Virus record (IMG/VR): IMGVR_UViG_3300021197_001995
Coordinates: 64,001 to 128,000 of that record
Length of the DNA: 64,000 nucleotides
Reading direction: 5' to 3' (one strand)
Source: a virus
Part shown: positions 37,877 through 46,513 of the stretch, one piece after another
Numbering within the stretch: the stretch's first letter is position 1
Layout: every line of letters starts with the position of its first letter
The notes under the pieces: generated by a model
What the model was told of the DNA's origin: nothing
The model's database searches: none
Seen by the model: only the letters and a program-made list of their open reading frames with translations
Made by a program: the position numbers and the translations under genes

Positions 37877-39271
37877 ATGGATCAGGAAAAGAACTTTTCA
37901 AAGTTCGGAAAAACATTCCAAGAAGACCTCTGTCATTTAATATTAAATGATAGAAGCTTTGCTGACCAGATGTTTGAGGTTTTAGACCTCGGGTTTCTGG
38001 AGCTTAAGCATTTAAGGGTTTTCATTGGAAAGATAAAGGAGTATAGGAAAAGGTATGGAGTTCACCCCACATCTAACATCATGCATTCCATCATACGGAC
38101 AGGTTTGGATGCAGAGCCCGAATCAGTCAAGGTGCGAATCAGAGAGTACTATGCCCGCGTCCTGGCCAATGGTCAAATACCAGAATCTTCTGACTACATC
38201 AAGGACACTGCTCTCGATTTTTGCAAAAAACAAAAACTCAAAGAAGCATTAATTAAATCAGTTGAGTTAATCAAGTCATCTTCATTTGACGATGTGTCTA
38301 GGGTTATCGATGAAGCTTTAAAGTTGGGATCTGATAACACGTTGGGTTACGACTATTTGGTGGACTTCGAGCAGCGATTCGTCAAAAAAGCCAGGAACCC
38401 AATCTCCACAGGGTGGCGAGACATTGATGACATAGCAAAGGGAGGCTTAGGAAAAGGTGAACTTGGTGTTGTTGTTGCTCCTACTGGTGCTGGTAAGTCA
38501 ATGGTACTTGTCCATCTCGGGGCCCAAGCCCTCAAGCAGGGAAAGAATGTACTCCATTATACTTTGGAACTTGCTGATACTATTGTCGCTGGCCGTTACG
38601 ATTCTGCTATTACTGGCGTGGAACTTAAGAACCTAACAGTATTTAAAGAAAAGATCTACGATGAAATCAAAGAAATTCAGGGAAAACTGATAGTAAAGGA
38701 GTATCCAACTCGTAGTGCTAGTATCCAAACAATAAAAAACCACGTTGAGAAGCTAAAACGACGAGATTTCGCCCCAGACATGATCATCGTTGACTACGGA
38801 GACCTAATTCGGCCAGAAAACGGCGGAAAAGATGAGAAAAGACATCAACTCGAAACTATTTACGAAGAGTTGAGGGGAATCGCCCAAATTTGCGAGTGTC
38901 CACTGTGGACAGCATCGCAAACTAACCGGTCTGGTCTCAACGCAGAAGTGATCACCATGGAATCAATCTCGGAGGCATTTAACAAGTGTTTCGTCGCAGA
39001 TTTTATCTTCACCGTTTCGCGAACAGTTGAAGACAAAAACACAAACACTGGCCGAATTTTTGTTGCAAAGAACAGAAACGGCCCTGATGGACTCGTGTAT
39101 CCTCTATTTATGGATACAAGTAACGTAAAGATAAAGGTTTTGCCAAAAACCGGCGAAACTGTTAATGAAATAATACAAAAATCTTCTGCAACGAGGTTGG
39201 TTAACCTCAAAGAGAAGTACGCGGCATTCAAAAAAGAAGGAGGAAAGAATCAAAATGGAATTGTCAAATAG
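37877..39271 (+). CDS. dnaB: Replicative helicase (DnaB/gp41-like)
   Basis: APTGAGKS, IIVDYGD, TASQTNR, KNRNG. Confidence 0.93.
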   Translation: MDQEKNFSKFGKTFQEDLCHLILNDRSFADQMFEVLDLGFLELKHLRVFIGKIKEYRKRYGVHPTSNIMHSIIRTGLDAEPESVKVRIREYYARVLANGQIPESSDYIKDTALDFCKKQKLKEALIKSVELIKSSSFDDVSRVIDEALKLGSDNTLGYDYLVDFEQRFVKKARNPISTGWRDIDDIAKGGLGKGELGVVVAPTGAGKSMVLVHLGAQALKQGKNVLHYTLELADTIVAGRYDSAITGVELKNLTVFKEKIYDEIKEIQGKLIVKEYPTRSASIQTIKNHVEKLKRRDFAPDMIIVDYGDLIRPENGGKDEKRHQLETIYEELRGIAQICECPLWTASQTNRSGLNAEVITMESISEAFNKCFVADFIFTVSRTVEDKNTNTGRIFVAKNRNGPDGLVYPLFMDTSNVKIKVLPKTGETVNEIIQKSSATRLVNLKEKYAAFKKEGGKNQNGIVK

Positions 39272-41117
39272 AATCTTGTCAGAAATCACAGTACACATGA
39301 AGTACGCCCGGTACCTGGATGATAAAAAGAGAAGGGAAACGTGGGAGGAACTAGTAACTAGGAACATGAACATGCACCTTAAGAAATTTCCCGAGATGGA
39401 ACTTCAGATCGTAAAAGCTTATAAGAAGGTTTTCGAGAAAAAAGTTCTCCCTTCTATGAGATCTATGCAGTTTGGTGGAAAGCCAATTGAAGTAGCACCC
39501 AACAGAATCTTTAACTGCGCATTTATGCCAGCAGACGATTGGCGATGCTTCGGTGAAGCAATGTTTCTTCTGTTGGGGGGGACGGGTGTAGGATATTCCG
39601 TGCAAAAACATCATGTTGAAAAGTTGCCTGAGATTACTCGGCCAAACATGAACAGAACACGTAGATTTCTCGTAAATGATTCCATTGAAGGGTGGGCAGA
39701 CGCAGTGAAAGCACTCGTTCGCTCTTATTTCCAGGGCGGTTCGCACCTTCGTTTTGACTTTACAGATATCCGACCAAAAGGCGCCGCCCTTGTGACTTCA
39801 GGTGGTAAAGCACCAGGTCCTCAGCCACTTCGAGAGTGTCTGGTAAAACTAGAAGGCATGTTGGTTCATAAAGAGAATGGAGACAAGCTATCGCCCATCG
39901 AAGTGCATGACATGATCTGCCACATCGCAGACGCAGTACTCGCAGGCGGCATCAGAAGAGCGGCTTTAATCTCTTTGTTTTCAGCAGACGATGAAGACAT
40001 GATTGCTGCAAAAACAGGAAACTGGTGGGAAACCAACCCACAACGAGGAAGAGCTAATAACTCGGTTGTATTGCTTCGCCACAAGATTGACAAAGAGTAT
40101 TTTATGGGACTTTGGGACAGAGTAAAGGCTTCCGGCGCCGGCGAGCCTGGTTTTTATTTTTCGAATGATAAAGACTGGGGCACTAACCCTTGCTGTGAGA
40201 TTGGTTTACGCCCATACCAATTCTGCAACTTGACAGAAGTAAATGTATCTAATGTGGAATCTCAAGAGGACCTCAACGAGAGAGTCAGGGCTGCAACCTT
40301 TATAGGAACGTTACAAGCTAGCTATACAGATTTCCACTATCTTCGTGATATATGGCGCAGAACGACAGAAAAGGACGCGCTAATAGGTGTATCCATGACT
40401 GGTATTGCCTCTGGCGCTGTTTTGGAGCTTGACATGAAAGAGGCAGCAAAGTGTGTAAAAACAGAAAACGACCGCGTTGCGAAGCTGATTGACATAAGAC
40501 CGGCAGCACGTACAACCTGTGTCAAACCCGCGGGCACCACTAGTCTGACACTCGGTACGTCATCCGGAATTCACGCTTGGCACAATGAGCATTACATTAG
40601 AAGAATAAGGGTTGGAAAAAACGAACCAATCTATTCTTACCTAGAGATGAATCACCAGGAATTAGTCGAAGACGAATATTTCAGCCCCCATACAACGGCC
40701 GTTATCTCCATTCCGCAAAAAGCTCCTGACGGCTCCATCATGAGAACAGAGTCAGCACTACAGTTGCTCAAGAGGGTAAAGCATGTTACTGATGAGTGGG
40801 TGAAGCCAGGCTTCCGCAAGGGACAAAACACTCACAACATTTCAGCAACTGTATCAATAAAAGAAGCAGAGTGGGCAGACGTGGGTGAGTGGATGTGGGA
40901 GAATAGAGCTAGTTACAACGGCCTGTCTGTCCTGCCTTACGACGGAGGGTCCTATACCCAAGCACCCTTTGAAGACTGCTCTAAGGAGACTTATGAAGCA
41001 ATGATGGCATCACTAAGCAGCATTGATCTTACCAGGGTGACTGAATCGGAAGACAACACAAACCTTTCTGGCGAGATTGCCTGCGCCGGCGGCGCCTGCG
41101 AAATAAAATTTGTTTAA
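39255..41117 (+). CDS. nrdJ: Class II (B12-dependent) ribonucleotide reductase
   Basis: FNC, TNPCCEI, CNLTEVN, VKPAGT, C-terminal CAGGAC; no R2 gene nearby. Confidence 0.92.
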   Translation: MELSNRILSEITVHMKYARYLDDKKRRETWEELVTRNMNMHLKKFPEMELQIVKAYKKVFEKKVLPSMRSMQFGGKPIEVAPNRIFNCAFMPADDWRCFGEAMFLLLGGTGVGYSVQKHHVEKLPEITRPNMNRTRRFLVNDSIEGWADAVKALVRSYFQGGSHLRFDFTDIRPKGAALVTSGGKAPGPQPLRECLVKLEGMLVHKENGDKLSPIEVHDMICHIADAVLAGGIRRAALISLFSADDEDMIAAKTGNWWETNPQRGRANNSVVLLRHKIDKEYFMGLWDRVKASGAGEPGFYFSNDKDWGTNPCCEIGLRPYQFCNLTEVNVSNVESQEDLNERVRAATFIGTLQASYTDFHYLRDIWRRTTEKDALIGVSMTGIASGAVLELDMKEAAKCVKTENDRVAKLIDIRPAARTTCVKPAGTTSLTLGTSSGIHAWHNEHYIRRIRVGKNEPIYSYLEMNHQELVEDEYFSPHTTAVISIPQKAPDGSIMRTESALQLLKRVKHVTDEWVKPGFRKGQNTHNISATVSIKEAEWADVGEWMWENRASYNGLSVLPYDGGSYTQAPFEDCSKETYEAMMASLSSIDLTRVTESEDNTNLSGEIACAGGACEIKFV

Positions 41118-41122
41118 AAGTG

Positions 41123-41151
41123 TTGACAAACCAAGTAAAATAGATTATTAT
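41123..41151 (+). promoter_or_regulatory. Sigma70 promoter
   Basis: TTGACA-17-TATTAT. Confidence 0.8.
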
Positions 41152-41179
41152 TATAACACAACTCAGAAAAGGAGAAATA

Positions 41180-41455
41180 ATGAGTATTAACAGTAACCAA
41201 AAGAAATCAACAAAAGAAGAGCACCTCGCGAACTACATCAAGACGTTTGTAGCGCTTGAGGATGCGATGGAACCATTCAAGGAGCAGAGGAAAGATTTGC
41301 GCGAGTCCTACTCTGAGAACGGATGGCTCTCTAAAGAAGACATGCGACTGGCAGTCAAAGCCTATCGACTATACAAGTCAGAGACCGACATGGAGATCTT
41401 GACAGATTATGTAAACAAGTGTCAACGATCTATGGGGAGGTTCCCTGGTGCCTGA
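41180..41455 (+). CDS. dsDNA-binding protein (T4 DsbA/GapR-like)
   Basis: YIKTFVALEDAMEPFKEQRKDLRESY...MRLAVK pattern. Confidence 0.6.
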   Translation: MSINSNQKKSTKEEHLANYIKTFVALEDAMEPFKEQRKDLRESYSENGWLSKEDMRLAVKAYRLYKSETDMEILTDYVNKCQRSMGRFPGA

Positions 41456-41768
41456 TCTATCTTTATTAAAACCGGTCAACAGGCATTTGTTGATCGTCCC
41501 GCACGTGAAGAAAAACGAAACAAGCTCGGGAGTGCTTCTTCCTGAGGATTTCAAGCCCGCGGAAGATAGTTATATAGAAGCAACTGTGATAGACATCGCA
41601 CAGGACTGTGATAAACAGTTCAGACACTTAAGTCATGGTAGTATTGATGACAACAAGATAGTTGTAGACAGAACAATGATTCAGGAGATAAAGATTAAAG
41701 GCAGCACTCATCACATAATTTTAGAAAATTATGTTGTAGGGATTTATCGGAGGTCGGATGCGCGTTGA
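41448..41768 (+). CDS. groS: GroES-like co-chaperonin
   Basis: LKPVNRHLLI, ETSSGVLLP mobile loop, ILENYVVGI. Confidence 0.8.
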   Translation: MPDLSLLKPVNRHLLIVPHVKKNETSSGVLLPEDFKPAEDSYIEATVIDIAQDCDKQFRHLSHGSIDDNKIVVDRTMIQEIKIKGSTHHIILENYVVGIYRRSDAR

Positions 41769-42459
41769 GTTATTCGGAGACGGGATAGGTGCGGTTGAGT
41801 ACATTTCACATATGGGTTCAGATCTCTCGGTTGTTAATGCAGCAAGGGTATCTTTCGGCTCGGAAAAAGAAGAAGTAGATGAAAAGGACATCAAACTTAT
41901 CAACTACCTTATGGACCATAATCATAGCTCTCCTTTTGAGCATTGTGCTGTCACATTTAGGTTCACGGTTCCTCTCTTCATACGTAGCCAACACCATCGC
42001 CACAGGACATGGGCCTATAATGAGATTAGCAGAAGGTATACTTCCGTGGACATCAACTTCTATGAGCCGAAAAAATTCAGACAGCAACACGCTAGTAATA
42101 GGCAGGCTAGCACTGATGACTTGATCAATCCCACGCTTGATTCTTCCTATCTAGACTATGGATATGAGGTCGCCGCCACCGCAGTCAAAACACATAATAC
42201 TAGAAGCGTTTCGTTATATGGTGCACTGATAGCGTCCGGCGTATGCCGCGAGCAAGCCCGCGGCGTACTGCCTCAAAACCTCTACACGCAGTATTACGGA
42301 ACGGTAAACCTTCACAACCTTTTGAAGTTTATTTCCCTGCGCAGCCACCAGGGAGCGCAGTGGGAAATACAGCAGGTAGCTGCAGCCTGTTTATCTATTG
42401 TGAAAGACAAGTTTCCAGAATCAGTGTCTGCCTATAAAAAATACAAGATGGGCACCTGA
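41758..42459 (+). CDS. thyX: Flavin-dependent thymidylate synthase
   Basis: VNAARVSF, HSSPFEH, RHRTWAYNEISRRY, AQWEI. Confidence 0.96.
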   Translation: MRVELFGDGIGAVEYISHMGSDLSVVNAARVSFGSEKEEVDEKDIKLINYLMDHNHSSPFEHCAVTFRFTVPLFIRSQHHRHRTWAYNEISRRYTSVDINFYEPKKFRQQHASNRQASTDDLINPTLDSSYLDYGYEVAATAVKTHNTRSVSLYGALIASGVCREQARGVLPQNLYTQYYGTVNLHNLLKFISLRSHQGAQWEIQQVAAACLSIVKDKFPESVSAYKKYKMGT

Positions 42460-42489
42460 TGAACCTGAACAAGTACTGAGGAGAACACC

Positions 42490-44709
42490 ATGAGACTTAT
42501 CACTATTCTATTACTATTGGCAGGGTGCACAGATGTCGTATCTATGTCACCAGACCAGGGCTTTAGGGCCCTCGCTAGCGACGCTATTGTTCGCGATGTG
42601 CACATATTAGACTGGCAACCACCACCGCCCACCACACCACCACTGACCAGAGAAGAAAGGTGCGCACAGACACCAATGCAGGAGTCACAGGCTTATTGTC
42701 AGTGTTACCCGCAGTGTTGTGATTCTCAAAGGTGGTACTGTCCCCCGAACCCACAACAAACAATTGACGTGATGCAGGTAGTGGTTGAGGTGTGTGACGA
42801 CGATAAAAGCCCTTGCGTTTATGGTCCCGATCCCGATTGTCCACCTCCTGAAATAATCTCTCAGAGTGAATGTTATACCCAGTGGGAATGTCCTCCTGGG
42901 ACAAGTGGGGAATTTATTAGGTGGTTTGAGTGTCAACTTGAGGACGGAACATTGGGGAGGCAACAAATTATCTGCGATAAAGGAAACTTGCAACATCTCC
43001 CTTGTAGACCGTGTGATCCTGAGGTTTGCGACAATTTGGACAACGACTGTGACACCCTTGTAGATGAAGGCTTCTTTCCCTGTGAAACTACGTGCGGAGA
43101 GGGGGTGGGTGTCTGTATAGAAGGGAACGTGGAAGATTGCACTGCTGAATTACCTGGAGAGGAAAGGTGTAACTATGAAGACGACGATTGCGACGGAGAA
43201 GTTGATGAAGGTCAACGTAATGTCTGCAATGAATGCGGCGCCGTGCCATCCGATACGTGTGACGGAGAAGATAACGATTGCGACGGCGCTACAGACGAAG
43301 AGCTAATTCGTGAGTGCGAAACTGCATGCGAACGTGGTCTTGAAGTCTGCGAAGAGGGCAATTGGATATCTTGCACAGCGGTCCAGCCGTCTGCAGAAGA
43401 GTGCGATGGTGCCGACAACGATTGCGACGGACAAATAGATGAGCAGCTTAATTGTCTGTGTGACATCAGCGACGTCGGCAACCTGATGCCTTGTAACGAG
43501 CCTCCCCTGCTGTGCGGCCAGGGCTTTAAAACCTGTGAATGCATAGATCCGGGTTGTCAAGAGATGAGATTAACAGATTGCGCTTCTCTGTGTACATACG
43601 TGCCCCTCCCAGAGCCACCAGTTTGTGATCCCCTTAGGGGCATAGCTTTAGAAAGAGAGGAGTGCAATAATTTTGATGAGGACTGCGATCAGGTGATAGA
43701 CGAAAATCTAGCGCAAGCATGCTATACAGGTCCCCCGGACACTCTCCTAGTGGGCGTATGTCTCCCCGGGGAAGTTTTTTGTCACCAAGGTGCATGGGGA
43801 AACAATCGCGCCAACCAGTTCGAACCCGGATTGTGCACTGGGGAAATAACCCCTAGTGAAGAGATTTGTGACGGCGCCGATAATGATTGTGACGGAATAG
43901 TTGACTACGGAGAGGAAATAAGAGACACAGATATCTTATTCATCGTGGACTGGTCCGGATCCATGGATCAAGAGATAGAGGCCGTTAGAACGGCACTTAA
44001 TCGATTCGCCGCACAGTTTTCAGCAGAACAACAGCTTCAATGGGGCCTGATCGTTGGCCCAAAAGAGTTTAGAGGCACGCAGGATGAAATGCTGGTACTT
44101 GTGTCTGACATTTCCCCTTTTGAAAACTTTCTGAGATCGTTCGCCGCATTAGGTATGGAGGGCATGGACACAGGAAACGAAATGCTCCTAGACGCTATCT
44201 ATTTAGCAGTGAGAAACATTTCAGCTAGAGCCAACGTAGATTTGGCCTCGACAGTGTGGTGGAGAAACACCGGGTCGATACCGCCGAAGGGTATCTTCGA
44301 CATTACGTGGAGAGCAAACACTGACCGCGTCGTGGTTGTATTTTCAGATGAAGAAGAGCAATCTTTCTTGCGAGACATTAACGACCCGGAAGGGCCGGCG
44401 CGCCCTATAGATAGGGGAGTGGTAGCGGAAGCGGTAAGACTCACTCCGAGTTTGAAATTTTATGCATTCGCGCCTGTGCCCATCTTCGGAAACCTGCGCC
44501 AACAGTGGGAAGATCTAACATTAGCGGGTAATGGCACTGTCTTTGAGCTGACAACTAGCCCAGCTAGCATGTACAACGACCTGATGTCGATTATCGACGA
44601 AGCGTGCCTACCTAGGGCTAATTCCCGGGCATCCACTACGAAGAGTAATTATTCGCTCGCTTCCCACTCTCACCATCGGTACGATTATAGACTTGGTCTA
44701 TGCTATTAA
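42490..44709 (+). CDS. Lipoprotein with Cys-rich CDGxDNDCDGxxDE repeats and C-terminal vWA domain
   Basis: Lipobox LLLAGC; six E-x-C-[DN]-xx-D-[NDE]-DCD-xxx-DE-type repeats (43021-43908); MIDAS DWSGS, VFSDEE. Confidence 0.85.
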   Translation: MRLITILLLLAGCTDVVSMSPDQGFRALASDAIVRDVHILDWQPPPPTTPPLTREERCAQTPMQESQAYCQCYPQCCDSQRWYCPPNPQQTIDVMQVVVEVCDDDKSPCVYGPDPDCPPPEIISQSECYTQWECPPGTSGEFIRWFECQLEDGTLGRQQIICDKGNLQHLPCRPCDPEVCDNLDNDCDTLVDEGFFPCETTCGEGVGVCIEGNVEDCTAELPGEERCNYEDDDCDGEVDEGQRNVCNECGAVPSDTCDGEDNDCDGATDEELIRECETACERGLEVCEEGNWISCTAVQPSAEECDGADNDCDGQIDEQLNCLCDISDVGNLMPCNEPPLLCGQGFKTCECIDPGCQEMRLTDCASLCTYVPLPEPPVCDPLRGIALEREECNNFDEDCDQVIDENLAQACYTGPPDTLLVGVCLPGEVFCHQGAWGNNRANQFEPGLCTGEITPSEEICDGADNDCDGIVDYGEEIRDTDILFIVDWSGSMDQEIEAVRTALNRFAAQFSAEQQLQWGLIVGPKEFRGTQDEMLVLVSDISPFENFLRSFAALGMEGMDTGNEMLLDAIYLAVRNISARANVDLASTVWWRNTGSIPPKGIFDITWRANTDRVVVVFSDEEEQSFLRDINDPEGPARPIDRGVVAEAVRLTPSLKFYAFAPVPIFGNLRQQWEDLTLAGNGTVFELTTSPASMYNDLMSIIDEACLPRANSRASTTKSNYSLASHSHHRYDYRLGLCY

Positions 44710-45488
44710 AAAACCTAGTAATAGGAAACAGTGTAGAATCTGCAACGTACGCCTTTCTTAACGGTTATTATTTCTTGCATTCGTCAGGAAACAACCCTCT
44801 GTTTTTCGAGCCAGTGGGTTTTAAATTTTTAGGAAGCGAGAGGAAGGACTACACCTGGAGTAGATTGCAAACTTTTCTAGCTTTCCACGGCCTGTTATTA
44901 AATTATGAGAATATTTCAACTATAAGAATAAGAGATAACGAGGTAAAAGTAGTTTCAGATTCAGGCCTAGTCAGGTATGATTTCGGAATGTGCGAAATTT
45001 TTGATACAACAGGTATTGACCTGGAGAATGAAGTAACGAAGGCTTTGTCCCCTGTGTTCGTAGTTTACGACGACTTTGAGCTTGCGAATTTAGGAGGTAA
45101 ACACTCCTACTTGGAGCCGAAGATTTCGAGAGGGTCACTTGCATGCCAAATACATTACTACACTTCCAGCCGCGTCGACGGAGCCCACTATGTAACAGAT
45201 TGTGTTTCGGTATCAAACCTCACAAGAGAGCAATTATCTGACTTCGAATATTCAGACTCTATGGCCAGATTTGCAGTCGAAAGGCACTTGACTTCTATAG
45301 GAATCCATGGTAATTTTATGGAGTACTACAAAAATGGTAGCCCGAAATACCGAAAACCAAAAGTTGTCCACAAAAAGAGGACGATCAGAAAGGAAGACAT
45401 GTCCGAATACAAAGACTCTGAAAGTGTAAAATTTTTAACTTTGGAATTGGAAGGTATCTTTGATGATTTCTGCACTACAAGGTCGTAA
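44700..45488 (+). CDS. Hypothetical protein
   Basis: 262 aa ORF; Rossmann-like start LVIG. Confidence 0.7.
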   Translation: MLLKNLVIGNSVESATYAFLNGYYFLHSSGNNPLFFEPVGFKFLGSERKDYTWSRLQTFLAFHGLLLNYENISTIRIRDNEVKVVSDSGLVRYDFGMCEIFDTTGIDLENEVTKALSPVFVVYDDFELANLGGKHSYLEPKISRGSLACQIHYYTSSRVDGAHYVTDCVSVSNLTREQLSDFEYSDSMARFAVERHLTSIGIHGNFMEYYKNGSPKYRKPKVVHKKRTIRKEDMSEYKDSESVKFLTLELEGIFDDFCTTRS

Positions 45489-46329
45489 TGTCGCAGGTGT
45501 CATACCTTTGGCTGGCTGGAGTAACACTTTCGATCTACCATGGCCTGATTATCTACAGCCCCTCAGAGAAGGGTTCCTAGCCGTAGAGAGATCCGTATAT
45601 GAATGTGCTTATGCCGGTTGCGACAGTATTTGGATAGTATGCAACGATGACGTAGCTCCACTGGTGAAGCAAAGGATAGGCGATTATGTTATGTCACCCC
45701 GGTACTTCGAAGAGAAAGACTTTGTAAAGAGAAGAGATTATCATGAAAAGTGGATCCCTGTTTATTACACTCCCATTTCCCAGAAAGATAGAGACCGGAG
45801 AGATTCGCTAGGTTGGTCAATATTACACGGAGCGTTAACGTCTTTCATGATCTCAGACAAGATGAGCAGATGGGTAACACCTACAAAATACTTCGTGTCT
45901 TTTCCTTATGGGGTCTACCACCCGGGATTCATAAGGGATCATAGGGATGCCATCCGAGGCCCAAATTCTTTCTTTCTTTCTCACGGCGGGCAGACAGTCA
46001 GAGACAACAAGTACCTGGCGTTTACATTCTTCCCGGAAGATTGGCCGAAGTTTAAGTGGAACATTAAAAATCAGTGCACCGGAGGAGACAAGTCAATACC
46101 GTTCCAAGAAAGGTGGTCGAGTCGTCATTTTTCTCTTGACAAAATCTTCTCACTTAGTGTAATATCAATGGACAAGGTTGAAGAAGTGGAAGAGTACTAC
46201 GACCTTGAATCTTGGCAGTCGTTACAGGAATACTACGCCTCAGAACTCAAGATACCAAGACCCACAAAGGGGTTTATGAAACCATACATCCTTAAAAGCG
46301 AGACAGAAAATGACAACGAAATACTTTGA
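45460..46329 (+). CDS. Nucleotidyltransferase-like (NTP_transferase fold) protein
   Basis: VAGVIPLAG, LQPL, ECAYAGCDSIWIV, SLGWSI. Confidence 0.6.
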   Translation: MMISALQGRNVAGVIPLAGWSNTFDLPWPDYLQPLREGFLAVERSVYECAYAGCDSIWIVCNDDVAPLVKQRIGDYVMSPRYFEEKDFVKRRDYHEKWIPVYYTPISQKDRDRRDSLGWSILHGALTSFMISDKMSRWVTPTKYFVSFPYGVYHPGFIRDHRDAIRGPNSFFLSHGGQTVRDNKYLAFTFFPEDWPKFKWNIKNQCTGGDKSIPFQERWSSRHFSLDKIFSLSVISMDKVEEVEEYYDLESWQSLQEYYASELKIPRPTKGFMKPYILKSETENDNEIL

Positions 46330-46513
46330 AGCAGCATATAACAGAATACCATACGACACAAAGCAAGAAATAGGTTTTCCTGATGCATTTATCTTCTTGA
46401 CAAGAGAGCAAGAAAGGTTTATAATGGAACTGTTCCAAGATGAGAGAGACACAATAAAGAAAGAACTTCTAGAAACAATAGAAGAAATGAAAGGTTTAAT
46501 TAATGAACTCTAG
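46310..46513 (+). CDS. Small hypothetical protein
   Basis: 67 aa, overlaps both neighbours. Confidence 0.6.
   Translation: MTTKYFEAAYNRIPYDTKQEIGFPDAFIFLTREQERFIMELFQDERDTIKKELLETIEEMKGLINEL
46397..46425 (+). promoter_or_regulatory. Perfect sigma70 promoter inside a CDS, upstream of dnaE
   Basis: TTGACA-17-TATAAT. Confidence 0.85.

Noticed and set aside
43021-43908. Repeats that might be a CRISPR array or a DGR
   Set aside because: They are degenerate protein-level repeats inside an ORF; there are no identical DNA repeats and no reverse transcriptase
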